Below, piece after piece: positions 38,403 through 51,416 of a DNA stretch of 64,000 nt. Positions within the stretch are counted from its first letter, which is position 1, and each line of letters starts with the position of its first letter. Source of the stretch: Eutreptiella sp. 'Long Island Sound 2002' (lineage: Eukaryota; Protista; Euglenida); NCBI GenBank assembly GCA_964036045.1, contig OZ038379.1:74834001-74898000 (forward strand), read 5' to 3'. The notes under the pieces are model-generated. The model saw only the letters and a list, made by a program, of their open reading frames with translations, made no database searches and was not told where the DNA came from. The position numbers and the translations under genes are program-made.

Positions 38403-39457
38403 GGCATAGTGTGTCCGTCGATTGGGTTTCAGGATTGCCGTCAACCACCAGAGGCCATGAGGCTATCATGACTGTTGTCGATCGACTCTCCAAAGGTGGA
38501 ATGTTCATCCCTTGCCGCAAAGACATGACAGCCGACGACCTGGTCTATGTGTTCCTGCGCAAAGTGATTCGACTTTAAGGATGCCCGCGGCAAATTGTTT
38601 CTAATCGAGACAAGGTGTTCGAGTCCCAGGCATGGAAAGAGTTGGCACAGCGTTTCAAGATTGAGATGCACCAAACAGTCGCCAACCGCCCTCGAGGCAA
38701 CGGCCTGGCGGAGCGCAGCAATCAGTCAATTCTTCAACGCTTGCGTACACACGGCATCTTCGGTAACAACGAGTGGGATGGCGACCTTCTGTTCGCCGAG
38801 ATTCAGTTTAACAACCTGACGCCCAACACTCTTCGACTATCTCCGTTCCAGATTGATGAGGGACGTACACCCGATTTTCCATTGGGTTCTCCCCGAATGA
38901 CTTCTCACGCGCATGAACCTTCGATCGGCAATGATTACATGCATCGAGCTGAGTGTACCTTCGATTCTGTGCGTGCAAAGCTCGCTGAGGAATGTCCCCG
39001 CCAGATGCATGTGTACCTGCAAATGGACCGACACGTACGAGTGCCTGAAGTGGGGGAGCGATGGTGGGTGTAAGTGCCCGAATATCGACACAAAGGGAAA
39101 CTCGACGTTGTTTGGTGCGGCCCTTACAAAGTTCTCCAGGTACTCAACAAAGGCGAGAATGTTAAACTGACCATCCCTGCCCCCTTCGATGGGTTGCGAG
39201 TTTTTAATGGAGACAGCAGACAGCCCTACATCCATCGAGAGAGACAGCCAGTGGGCGAATTCCGGATGCCGCCTGTCAAGACTGGCGATTCCTCTCGACG
39301 TGTTCAGATTCTGGCTAGACGTCGAGTGGGATCTAAAAAGCGCCGCACATTCCTGTACCGCTGTGAATGGGATGACGACACATGGTCTTGGGAGTCGAGT
39401 AAAGCTCTAGAGGAGGATCCCGTGTACCTCGAGTTCCTTCGACTCCACCCTGAGTAA
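38399..39457 (+). pseudogene. Ty3/gypsy integrase core plus GPY/F and chromodomain (5'-truncated, third family)
   Basis: One frame with two stops: WHSVSVDWVSGLP, VVDRLSK, QIVSNRD (Asp to Asn), NGLAER, WCGPYKV, ILARRRV...YRCEWDDDTWSWE. Confidence 0.92.
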
Positions 39458-39495
39458 CCTCACCTCTTTGCAGCGTGAAGTCCTCCAAGACTCAT

Positions 39496-39895
39496 GCGTG
39501 GATCCACATCGATTGCTGGAGCCCCACAGACACATACCACCTGTAGCTCCGGCCCTCGAACATCGCGGGACCTACCGGAGATACGTTGGATCCACAGCTT
39601 CGAGCGAACCGAACGTGCGCAACATGATTTAACGAGAGACATCATGTATTCGGAAGAGAGATCCAGAGTGGGCTGAATGCTAGAAGAACGAGGCAAGTTA
39701 GTGGCAGTCTTACGCCGAAATGTCCGTGCCAACCCCAACACTTGCCGCAAATGAAGGTCATTATCGACACGGCTTCGAGCCTTGTGACTGCAGAAGCGGT
39801 TCGCTTCGCTCTGCGGGGCGCTCTTGCCGATGGCCAGTTTGTGCATCAGCACCTCGGTTGACTCCAAGCAAACTCCCGAACAAGCAGCCTCGAGA
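39496..39895 (+). repeat. 400-bp direct repeat, copy 2
   Basis: See copy 1; this copy continues as a protein-like decayed frame to about 40464. Confidence 0.95.
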
Positions 39896-41726
39896 CTATT
39901 GACTAATATGACCCCGGACCTGGGGTCGACGACATCAGCGTCATCATCGTTGCTCGGAGAGTTTCGATTGCCAACACGCCGTGGTGGCGAGTTGATACGC
40001 GAACTGGTGAGTTCTACCACAGCATGGCCGCTGGTACTGGTTCGAAGCAAACATCTCGATGGACCACCGGTCGAAATGACGCGTTGTCCTTCCAGACCAA
40101 TAATCAAATGGATTTGTGGAACCCTGCCATCTGGCAGCCGTTGAAACTTTAGGATTTCTTCATGACCAAGTCGCAAACATTGGGACCGGGACAGTTTCGA
40201 GCTCTTGCCCGTGAGCATGTCTTCGTATTCCATTACAAGTGCCCCGTCGACGGCCAGCGTGGCGATCCCAACCTTCAATTGCTCAACCATCGATCTGGTA
40301 TCCTGATCCAGAAACGTGCCCTCGAGAGCGATAATCGTCGACACTATACAGGCCATGACACCTTCAATTTCATGGCTAGCATCGAGACGCTGAAGGAGGT
40401 GCACGAAGTATGTCGGCTTCAGGTGGATAGCTCGTCCACATTCAATTTGGGCACGGACTGCTGATACGACGGTCAGAATGCCAAGTAATGGCTGATTCGA
40501 CAGTCTGAATGCCAAGTAATGGCTGATTCGACAGTTGGGACGCCATTAATGGTGTCGACGGCCTTAATATGCCCTGTCGATCCGACAGATGTATAGTCCT
40601 GTTGGTTGTTTGTTTGCTGGGCACTCAGCTTCGATAGCTGTGCCCAATGTTACGGTATCTCGACGAGCCAACAGCGTTGCTGCGGGTAGCACCCGTGCAT
40701 GTGCCTGGCGAAGTTGTCCTCTGCAGCTTCCGCCAAGACACAGCCGTGGCAAAGTCGAACACGCCGTATGAGTGAGGCCCTGAGGACAGGTATACCATAC
40801 ACTGGATCCCAGTCTTTGATTTTCGACCACTATTATGCTTCAGGAAGCTAGCACGTTTCGAGGTCCAGTAAAATTTTTTTTCTCCCTGGGCCCTGTCCAT
40901 TTTGTTTCGACAGTGCGACGCCCACCCAGACGAGTGTGACCTCTTCAAGTTCTCAGGGGGTTGTGGTGTTATGGTTTTGAGCAGCAGCAGCGCAGCGAGC
41001 GCGCGAGTCGCAATCGCAGTTGCAATCGCACTGCAGTCTGTGAAAACATTTGAAGCATCGAGATTCCAGTTGCTGTGAACGAAGTGCTGTATGATACTTC
41101 AATATCTTTGAACAGGGTTTTTGTCTTCGAATTTGTGAAGTGTGTATGAATTGGTGCTCCGCCTAAGGATCCTGCGCAGAAAGAGGTTTGTTGTATTTTG
41201 GGATTTTCGAGAAACAGGACAGTTCCCAAGTCAAACCACAACATGTGTGCAGTCCATTAGGACATGTTATTGTAAAATAGAATTGCTGAATTTGTGTGTT
41301 TTGAGGGCACCTCCCAACTCAGTATTCCCATAGCCAATGGAGAGGGGAAACTGCCCATTTGCATGTAGGTCAGGAATGAGGTCTTGTGTTAATATTTGTC
41401 CATTGTTCTTCCCTTACTCTCAGGGGATGTCCATTTCTTATTTGTATTATTGTTGATACTTGGATTGAGGTTCAAGTGTGTACTTCTTGCTCTTGCTGCA
41501 TTGCAGTGTCGAGGTGTTGATCCAAGGGTGACCAGGACAAGGCCATCCTTCCCTTACGAAGAAGGAGTCGAGGGGTAAAAGTTGGCAGCAGAGGCAGTTT
41601 CTTGCTCCTCTAGCACCAAGAGTACGCGATGAGCTCAAGAACGACCTGCGGAGCAGAAGAACAACAAGAAAAACAACAACAAGATCCATCGTTATCGACG
41701 ACTCCAACCAGCCCACACTTGAGGAC

Positions 41727-44684
41727 TTGAACGTCGTTGGCGAGATGGGACCGACTCCACTGAGGACACGCGTCCATCCCATGGGTGGGTGTCCGTTGGA
41801 CTCATCCTCCGACGAGCATATGCCCAGCCTGATGCTGGGGTTGACCTACAGCAACCTGCAGGCTGCCCGTGCGTTGGTAGGGCCTACGTATAGGCCCCTG
41901 ACTACGCAACAGCACCCAGCGAATCAGCCGCGGGTGGAAGAAGGCTTCGGCAGGTCAACCTGGGCCCAGGCAGACCCGAACCGAAGCCGAATGATGAATG
42001 CCGTCGAGTGGACGGCAATTGATGGCAGCCGAGTACGCCGGGTACGGTTTGTGGACTTCCAGATGGATGCCTCCTTGGCAATGGCCCAACTACGGGACCT
42101 GACGGAGACCTTCGCCCGGTATCGGGCCACCATGGAGGAGATCACCAACAAGACCATCATGGCCATCCATCAGCTACGGCAGCTGACGGACAAGGTGCGG
42201 CAAACCACCATGCAATCTTTGGATTTGCGTTGGTCGGAAGGATATCGACTTCATCTCCAAGTTGCCGAATCGAAGGACCGGATGGAGAGGGTGATGCGTC
42301 AGGTGGAGACGCTATCTGGAGCCCAAGCGCCTGGACGCACTGGCCTGGACAACCGGATCGACTTTATGGAGAACCAACTGGAGGTCCTGAACTCCAGTCT
42401 GACCACCCTGGAACAGGAGATCGCCGGCCTATCCCAGGCACAAGGGGATCACCTACATGGCCTAGGAGAAGGTCAGGTCGCGGTGCACTCCATCAACGCC
42501 AAGGCAGACCAAGCCGACGAAGCGGTCAGAGCGGGGTCCGATCAGCTAAAAGTGAGCAGCAGCAAGGTGGACCAAACCGCCGCAAGCGTAGTGGCACAAG
42601 CGCCACAACTCCAGCTGCAGATGGAGGGGATCAGAACCATAGAGACTCGGTTGAGTCGCCTAGAGGCCTTGGGTGCCACCAACGAAGCAGAGGGGAGCGC
42701 TGATCCCAGCCAGCTGAATGTGTTGCTGGAGTCCCTGGCCAGACTTCAAGAGGAACATGCTCAGTACAAGGGGGCCACCACCAACACGCAGCGACGTCAT
42801 GAAGAAGTCCTCAGAGAAACTCAAGACAAGGTCGTCCAACTGGGAATGAGGATCCTGAATACTGAAGAAGACTCCAGGGGACTGAAGACTCGAGACCGGG
42901 TTGGCCATTTGAAGTGCGAGTATAAGCATTGGAGGACCCGGCGAGGAAAACTGAAGGCCCGAAGACATCCCCAGCCCCAGGGCCGCCCGTAGGCGTTGAT
43001 TGAAATGCCGTAGCTCATCTGCAAAGAGAGGTAGTGCAGGTCATGTAGTATTCTGAGGGGCAAATAAGGACGCTCGGGCAAAATATGGACGCCCTGATGG
43101 CCCAACTGCGGGAGGAACACCTCAGGCCCAGGGGAGTTAGACCGATGGACCGAGGTTATTACCCTGACAGAGCCGAACCGGCCCCACGAGGACCTTTTGG
43201 GGGATATTTCCCCGAACCCTCAGGGGAGTCCGAGACAGGGCCAAGTAACCCGTTCTTGCATCCACAACGGGACGGCCTGATGGTCTCCCTTATGAGACGC
43301 CGGGATACGATGGAGTCTCAGACCATCGGGTACCAACTCATGATGGCATGCCACCGAGGGGAACCCCATTGCCGATTTCAGGCATTGTCGGGAATTGATC
43401 TCAGATTTTTTGATGACGAGGGTAAGTTTGAACCCGGGGCAATTGAACATTTCCCTTAGGGCGAAAAACTGCCCAAGATTAACCCCATTATGAGTCCCTT
43501 GACAGGCCTTGCGTTTTCGGAGGCGCTTTTGCCCTCAGGGCCATCACTAACGCCCACTCCCGTGGATGTTTACCCCGCGGAGGTGGAATCCCGTGGTATG
43601 GCCCGGGGGTGTATAACACCATGGGCAGCCCCTAGTGGACCCCCGTGCCCTGAAGGATGTACAAGTCCGGGACGTCGTTCCCACTTGGGACGGCGACGGG
43701 GTGAAGGAACAGGACTGGGTTCTGTCCTATGCCAAGTGGGAGCGAGACGTGGGGGTCGCGCTCGGTGAAGGAAAGCTTATCAAAACGCTTTTGGGAACAA
43801 TCCCGAAAGACATTGCGGACCCAATCGACAAGAGGGTGATCCGTAGGAACCTGATTTATGCCCAAGTGAAAGAGGGTGTTTTGCCGGAAGTCCACCGCTG
43901 GGTGAACAGAAATGTCCCCGACCATATTTTCTGTGGGCTAACCGTTCCTAAGGAGTGTTCGGTAGGTGAGCTCTCAAACTTCATGGAGGATTTCATTTAC
44001 TGGGGCAGTCAAGTACGAGAGGGGGTTACATTTGGCCATGCCCGACAAAGGTTCTTGGACGCTTCGGTCCACCATGACGGCCTCATTTATAAAATTTATA
44101 ATGCGGAGAACAAGTCGGGAGGACTTGAACTCACCTACCTCTCCTTGTACCTATTCTGCCAAGTGGAACTCAGAAAGAAAGACGCTGTCAAGCGTCATCA
44201 GGATCACCAGAAATGGCGATCGTTGCCCTTGGATAAGCGCCCCAATGTGGCAGCTTTGAATATCATGGGTGCCGAGCCTGTGGAGGAACAGATGAATGCA
44301 GTTGGGGAGTCCGAGGCTCCGCCTAACGCGAGTGATGCCAAAGATTTTGAACCACCTGACGAGTGGGATGAATGGTATGTGAATGCCATAGGACAACCGG
44401 TCCCCAAGAAAGGGAATAAATGTCCTTTTTGTGGTTTCTCGGGGCATACGGAGGACAAGTGTTAAAAAAAACACCCACACATCCGAAAGCCTCTGATTTT
44501 CGAATCTGGCAAGCCCAAGTCAGGCACAGGACCAGGAAACCCGAAGCCCAAGGGCACAGGTTCGCCAAAGGAATGCTCCCATTGCAAAATGACACGTCAC
44601 CTGGTGGATCAGTGCTGGAAGAAGCACCTCCACCTAAAGGCTGAATTTGAAGCAAAGAGAGCGGCGAAAGGGACCAAGTCCTGA
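41727..44684 (+). pseudogene. gag: gag of element A (coiled-coil N-terminus, two CCHC zinc knuckles)
   Basis: CPFCGFSGHTEDKC (about 44420-44462) and CSHCKMTRHLVDQC (44574-44615), both CX2CX4HX4C. The frame ends at TGA 44682-44684. Confidence 0.85.
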
Positions 44685-47600
44685 AGGCGTCAGCGGCCTG
44701 GTAAAGTGACACCAGGGTCGCATGTTAAGAAGCCACTTTTGAGAGTGGACTTCGTGTTGGGTCTGAAGTGAGCCCGTCTTTGTACAGTGCAACTCACCGA
44801 TGGTGAGCCCGTTAGGCTGAGGGAGCCCCGACAGGGCAATCCCAAAAGGCCGCGGAAAGGACTAATACTTTAAGGTGCATATACTATAGATAATACACCT
44901 GAAAATGTCCTCTGTGATATCGCAACCCTCATAGATTCGGGATCTGGGGTATTGGCCGTTGCGGGCTGAGAAACTTTTGATGCAATGCACAATACGAAAG
45001 CTGAGTTTCCCATCCGCTTGGTTGGAGCCGGCAAGAACAGATTGGCTGGCGGGAGCCAAGTAGTGAAATGCAGCGTGTCATTGCTGGTTTGGCACGACGG
45101 CAGGTATGTGACAGTGAAGTGTGTGCAAGTCACTGTCCATTTGGCCTCCGTTGGGCCCAGAGTCATTCTGGGATACCCTTTTCTTGCCCGGGGTGCACTT
45201 ACCCTGAGTCCCGCACGAGGTCCCCTCGTTTTTGATGAAGTCTCGCACGAGGAGCACATACCAGATGAGCCCTCAGCGGATGTTGAGGAGCAGCACTCAG
45301 GTGCGGAGCCTGAAATGCAGAACCTGACGGAACAGGATCAGGTGGATGATTCCAATCCCATTTCTCAGGTCCAAGATCAGGATGAGTTGACTGAATCCAG
45401 CCCCATTTTTCAGGTCCATGAAGTGTGGTATACACCCCAATTACAGAGTCAGCATCTGGATATAAACAGTGATGATGTGGACCAGAGGGGGCAACACCCC
45501 AAGAGGGATCCCACGCCTGACGCAGTCATAGTATCACCCCACAGCAACCAGGGTACGTCCATGAGCTGGCTGCATGGGAACCGTTGTTAAATTGAGAGCC
45601 AAGTACCCGTGGAGGGGAAGAAAAGGCTTGGGATTACTACATAGACATAGCCGCAGTGCTGGACTATCCAGAGGAACATCACGCCAAGATGGAAGATGGC
45701 AATGATCTCTCTTTGGATGGATCCAGCGACGAAGGGTCGTTGGGTTTCCACCCACCCCTGGGATTTATGGGAAACGTCGGCTTTTTGTGTGATTCTGAGG
45801 GCCGTATGGAGATGTCGGTTGATTATGTGGGTCCAGACCCACTAAACCGCTAGCGGTATGTACCTCAAGAGCACCCCCCGGATGTGCAGGCGGATACACG
45901 GGATGAGTCCAAGGACCTACCCTGTGACACCCTCGTTCGGTCACCAGTTTTTGACGGTGGTGAACATATGGACATCCAGGGCAATCGAGCCCATATTGCT
46001 TTCAGGGGACCAGCCCCACGGGCTAAGGGAAAGGTCCTGAGGATTCCCAACTGCAAGGGCGGATCCAGATATGTGAGATCCACTGGGAAATCTTGTATCT
46101 TAACCCCCGAGTGGTATTCAATGGTCTGCGATTGGGCGGGGAAGAGTTTCGGCCAGAGCATACCCCCTTGCCCAAGTTTCAGGGAGACCATGCTTCCAAA
46201 CCAAATCCGTCGTCGACCTCCAGTAGGCGACAACAGAAAAAACATATGTGAATGCTGACCCGTGACCCAAACGGTCGCCCCATGGGTTGTTGTATACCCT
46301 GGAGTGGCCACACGGTGATTCTGCATCCCAAGGAGTGTGAGATTCCCGGCATAGTCAAAAAATGCGGATGGGATGGCGCGAGGGGAGTAATAATTCTCCC
46401 CGTCAGAACCAAGGAAAATTGGTTGTGGTCATTAGGGGAAGTTACCGTGAATTGGTGGGACCTTCCTCGGGATGAACCAATTTTTCAGGATGTCCATGGG
46501 GGACAACATATGCAGGGGCCTGATACTCAGTATCGGGCCATAGCCTTCGACTGTTTGGGTGACCAACAGGAAGGCGTGAATCGTACCGACTGCAAGCGCC
46601 GTCTCAGGTATAATCTGGACTCTGAGGAAGGGTTCGAGGAGGTTATTGGGACTCCGACGTCCCACAAAGGGCAGAATATTCATTCTCCACAGCAATGTAC
46701 TAACTTGTTTGGGAAAAGGCCCAAGGGTACGGACCGTAAACGGTGGAGGCTCAAGTGCCACAAGTTGGCACTCCTCGGACAGGCCCCTGTGGATATTCCA
46801 GGCCCTCAGTTGTCCGAGGAGAGTCGCCCCCTAATGCCGGAACCCTTGGTTCAGCTCCAAGTTGAGGAGATGAATGCCCGCTATAAAATCAGTGAGTTGC
46901 AGCTAGCTGAGACAAAGGCCCTGGACCAGTTTCAGGAGGCCTCAGCAAAACTAACCAAAATCTGCTCCACTGATGGTCACGGTGACCTTCCCGACAAGGG
47001 TACACCCACAGGACCGGACATCAAGGCGCAAACTGACCCATCTGCTTGGATGGTTCGCTCCTTGGCCGAGGTCCCCAAGCATGGCCCGTTGCTTACAAGC
47101 ACGAACACTCATGCGAAAAAGTTTCTCAGTGGCGCCCCAAGGTGGATCCCGTACTCAGAGAGCCCATACCGCTCATGGGATCCGACTTGGGGCCCCTTAC
47201 CGCTTTGTTTCAGGACAGAGAACGCAGTGTTAGGTCAGTGATCGAAGCTGATGGTGAGCTGCTTGGTGATTTGGCCACCAAGCTTCGCAACCGCATCTAT
47301 GAGGACTTCGCAGATTCGGTGTTCGATCCTGCGGGGAAAAATTCCGGGAAAATGGAGGTCAATGCCTTGAAGCGAGGTCCAAAGGATGTGAGTTTCTGCA
47401 AAATGCAGTTGAACCCTGGCTCTCAACCCCGAGTATGCAGCCCCATACGGGCTGTGGGAATCAAGGAAAGAGAGATGAAAAAAAAAATCAAAGGATTCCT
47501 TGATAAAGGATGGATTGTCCGATCCCACAGTGCCTCGGTCGCAAGAGGGTTCCTGGTCAAAACCAGGAACCACCAAATGCAGATTGGTCATCAATTACCG

Positions 47601-50330
47601 GTACCTGAACTCGTGTCTTGAAGAACATGAGTTCAAACTACCGGTGATCGAAGATCTTCTCCAAGGGCAGGCTGGAAACCATCTCTGGACCTTTCCGGAT
47701 CCGGAAGATGGCGTCCACCAGATGCCACTGTTGGAGGAGTGCAGGCATTTAACCGCCTTTTGCACCCCCGCAGGGACATTTGAGTGGAAGATCCTGCCCA
47801 TGGTCGTTAAGGTTGGGCCACAGGCGTTTCAGCACCTTGTGAGCTAGTGTGTTGGCCGCCTTAAAGCCCATATCGGACCCTACATAGATGACATTCTAGT
47901 AGGCACGCGACCCACTTGCAGTGGCAAAGGGAAACTCCTCAATTCGCAAGGCATAATGGAACGTTATAAGCTCGTGCGCGAATTGTTCGAAGTATTAAAG
48001 GAGTACCACTTGCAAGTTAAAAAGGAAAACGGTTTCCTTTTCTACACGCAAGTGAAGTACGTTGGCCACATCTTGCATGAAGGCCAACGCTCTCCGGCAC
48101 CTGGGAAGGTCGCCGCGGTGCGCGAGTGGTCCAAGGATATGATTCGGACACCAAAGCAGATGAAGAGTTTCCTCGGCATCTGCAATCGGTATTCGATTCA
48201 TATCCCGAACTACTCGTCACTGGCGGCGCCTCTCATGGATTCACTTGCCGGAAAGTATAAGTACGATCCTCATAAACGCACCAGTAAGATCTCAGTGCAT
48301 AAGCAAACCATCAGTTGGACTGATCTGATGTGTGACAACTTCGAGAAGATCAAAACATCCCTATGTGAGGCTTGGAGCTTGTATATACCCAGTGACCAAG
48401 GCTAGTTCTGCATCCATACGGATGCGTCCGACCACGGCATTGGCGCTCTCCTGGAACAGAAGGACGACCAGGGAAACTGGCGTCCCTGTGCTTTTTTTAG
48501 TAGAAAACTTCAGGGCAGCGTCAAATACGACGCTAACGGGAATGTGCTGTGGTATATGGGCCACTACGCATGGTCAGTGAGGGAAAAGGAGACTTACGCC
48601 CTGGTGTTCTATCTTTTGAATTTCAAAAGCTGGATATCAGGGCGCCAGGTCACTGTTTTCACTGACCATAAGTCCCTGGAGTCATGGTACAAAGAAGAGT
48701 TTTCCACCATGGCTGGTTCATTGGGACATCGCGGCCGGTGGCACGAATTCCTCTCCGGGTATAACATTGTAGTTGTCTACAAACCGGGAGTGGAAAACGA
48801 TGCCGCCGACGGGATGTCCCGCTGGGCCTACCCAGCCAGATTGGTGGATGACACGAACTTTCACCGTTCGGACGCCGATCTGGAAGGGGTAACCCAGTGG
48901 GAGGCCTCTGAGGGTGAAAAAGAGCAAAAGCTGAGTGCAGCAAACGGACGACCCTTACCGCAGGACATGCAAGAACAGCGGGAGCGCGATTATTTTCTGT
49001 TGCAGGTCATGAGGTTGCATGACAGTGTACATTATGACAGCAATTCGCTCCCGGACGAATCCGCAGTGGATGTTGTCCAGAGCGTGTCTGACCACTGTGA
49101 ACACTGTTGCCCCTTTCCGTCTTGCCTCAGTACGGTGAGTATGAGCCTCGATGAGGACTCCTCGTCTGAAGCAAAATCCAGTGTAGGCCCTGATGAGGCC
49201 ATCTGGAATGTGTTGGATGAGACGGAGGATGTGTCCCCACTGTGCTATAGTGAGGGAGATCCTGCGTGGGTTGCTGGTAGCCCCTCTTGCAACCTCACCG
49301 AGGTCAAAGTGCCGCCTGAGACCAAAATATTGTACGAGGACTGGATGCCCCACTACAGGGCGGACAGAACGTCCAAACGACTCCTGGATAGGGGTCTGGA
49401 GAATCAGGTTTCCATGGATGGATACCTCTGGGCCAAGGGACCACAGTGGAGTCATCGCCACATTCGTCGGCATGGTAAAATTTGTGTTCCGCAGTCCATT
49501 GTGTCTGAGGTCATCCGGGCGGTACATGTATGTGCCCACCTGGGTCAGGCAAAGGCCCTGGAGCTGTTCCTACAGCGTTTTCACGCTGACATGCCCTATG
49601 CCCGGCTGCGGGAAGCAGTGAACAAAACATTGTCGGACTGTGTGGTTTGCGCGCAAGCAAAAGCTAGACGCGGCCAATATCCTGACTCGTGCAAACGGTT
49701 TCCCATACCCTCGTTTCCTCTCAGCTCAGTGGCCATAGACTTCGTGGATTTAGCTGAAGTCCGTAACCAGTCAACCAAGACCAAGATTTTTGCCAACTAC
49801 GCTATGGTCATAGTTTGTCGGTTGACAGGATATGTGATGGCCATACCCTGCTGTAAGGAGGGGCTAGCCAGTTGTAAGGCTGCCGAGCTCTTCCTGCCTA
49901 GGTGTGGATTTTTCGTGGGCTTACCAAGAGAAATTGAAGCTGGCAATCAGTCGATCATCAGCAGCACCTTTTTTGATGCGCCGTGCAATCTTGCCGGGAT
50001 TGAACAGGCCAAGTCTATTATATATAGACCTAAGTCCAATGGCAGGGCTGAGAGGGCTGTGCAGAGTACCATCCTTACTCTGCGGCAGTACCTCCTCAGC
50101 AAGAAGGTGAGTTGGCTGGAGGCATTGCCACTGGCCCTGTGGGGTCTCAATGACCTCCCTGAGGCAGTGTCACCCTATTAGCCACACCGGCTGGTGTTTG
50201 GGCGCGACCCCATAGCGGTGGGCGACCTACCCCCGGTAGCGGACAGTGAGGGCTGCGAGGACGCCACGCAGTTTTTTAAGAGGGTGGCTGCGGAAAGAGA
50301 ATTGGTACAAGAAAGACTGGAGGCGATACT
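44685..50330 (+). pseudogene. pol: pol of element A (PR, MTase-like, RT, RH, truncated IN)
   Basis: LIDSG (Asp 44934), YIDD (47881-47892), HTDASDHGIG/SVREKE/FTDHKSL, CVVC, VAIDF, SNGRAER. Confidence 0.92.
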
Positions 50331-51416
50331 GACACATATTGATACGCCCTCGGATCTTGGCTACTGAAATACTCTCCATGGTGAAGAGCTTGTGGTCTTT
50401 CAAACCCCTTTTTATACTCTTTTCTGAGGCATATGGAGCACGCCTTTGAGAGGCAATGTGAGCAGTCTTCAAGAGTCATTGTAAGAGCAAGTAAGCACAA
50501 GAGAACCCGTAATACCACGCAAATACAAATTGTTCTAGGAGCTTTGCTCGCGCGATGAGACACTCTCTGGTGTCCTAAGAGACAAAGAGAGGAGAAACAA
50601 GGCAATAACCTAGGTCAATACACATGTAAACATACCTAAGTACCAAACCATGTGCTAAGGTTACATGTTTAGGAAAAATCACAATAAATCAGGGCACCAG
50701 AGGCCCTGTGACCTGAGATTCAGGTCTTCAACGACTGTCGTCGACAGGAACTGTCCTATGGTCAACATGTCTAAGTCAGTTCTGGGTCAAACCAAGGTCA
50801 AACAAGTCAAACAAAGTCAAAAACATGTTGAAAACATGGTTAAAACTTGAAACATGCGTCTCCCCCCATGCGCCAGCCTAGAGGCCTTAGGGCATTTTGG
50901 CGCCACATGATATTTTTTCTGGAAACCTATGGACTTATACTTAATATCCCCCATAGAGGAGGGAACGGCTGTCACAGCAGGCCGTCAGGAGATAATTGCC
51001 AACATAGTTCGTTTTCATGAAAAATGCCATAAAGTGCACAAAAAATCCACAATAATTCATCAAAAATTGATATAAAAACAGCTTTTCTGTAGCTTTTACG
51101 CACTTTCACGACATTTTTCATCAAGAAAAAAATGTTGTAAGAATGACGGCGACGACTGGCGCCCGCTGCCGCACCGTTGGTTCTAACTACTTTGAAGGTT
51201 CAATGAACCTTCAAATACATTGGAAACTTCAAACACCTTAGAAAAATGACTAAAAAACGATTTCCAGGCCAAGCTGGAGCTACTATCTGCTACTACACAC
51301 CAGCTAACATCTGCACTGGAGTGTCAGCAAACTCTTGGAGCTTTCCTAGCTTCCAAGGAGATACTTTTACCTCCAAAAATGAACCTGCGTATGAGGACAT
51401 GGCCCCATATGCATCA
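50330..51416 (+). repeat. Approx. 1.1-kb direct repeat, copy 1 (offset 2118 bp)
   Basis: Colinear with 52448-53508 up to GGCCCCATATGCATCA; contains a 25-bp palindrome at 51191-51215. Confidence 0.93.

Larger units (their letters stand above)
41727..50330 (+). mobile_element. Ty3/gypsy LTR retrotransposon A, decayed and 3'-truncated
   Basis: Order gag - protease - MTase-like - RT - RNase H - integrase, with many stops and frameshifts. It is cut off at about 50330 by an unrelated repeat. No LTR pair identified; the true 5' end lies somewhere upstream of 41727. Confidence 0.93.

Noticed and set aside
36281-38471. Long Cys-rich ORFs (449, 684 and 466 aa)
   Set aside because: Artefacts of a stop-poor 65-bp satellite; the unit length is not a multiple of 3 and several frames are open.
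40476-40535. 31-bp tandem duplication
   Set aside because: Real but only two copies, with no further structure; ordinary slippage.
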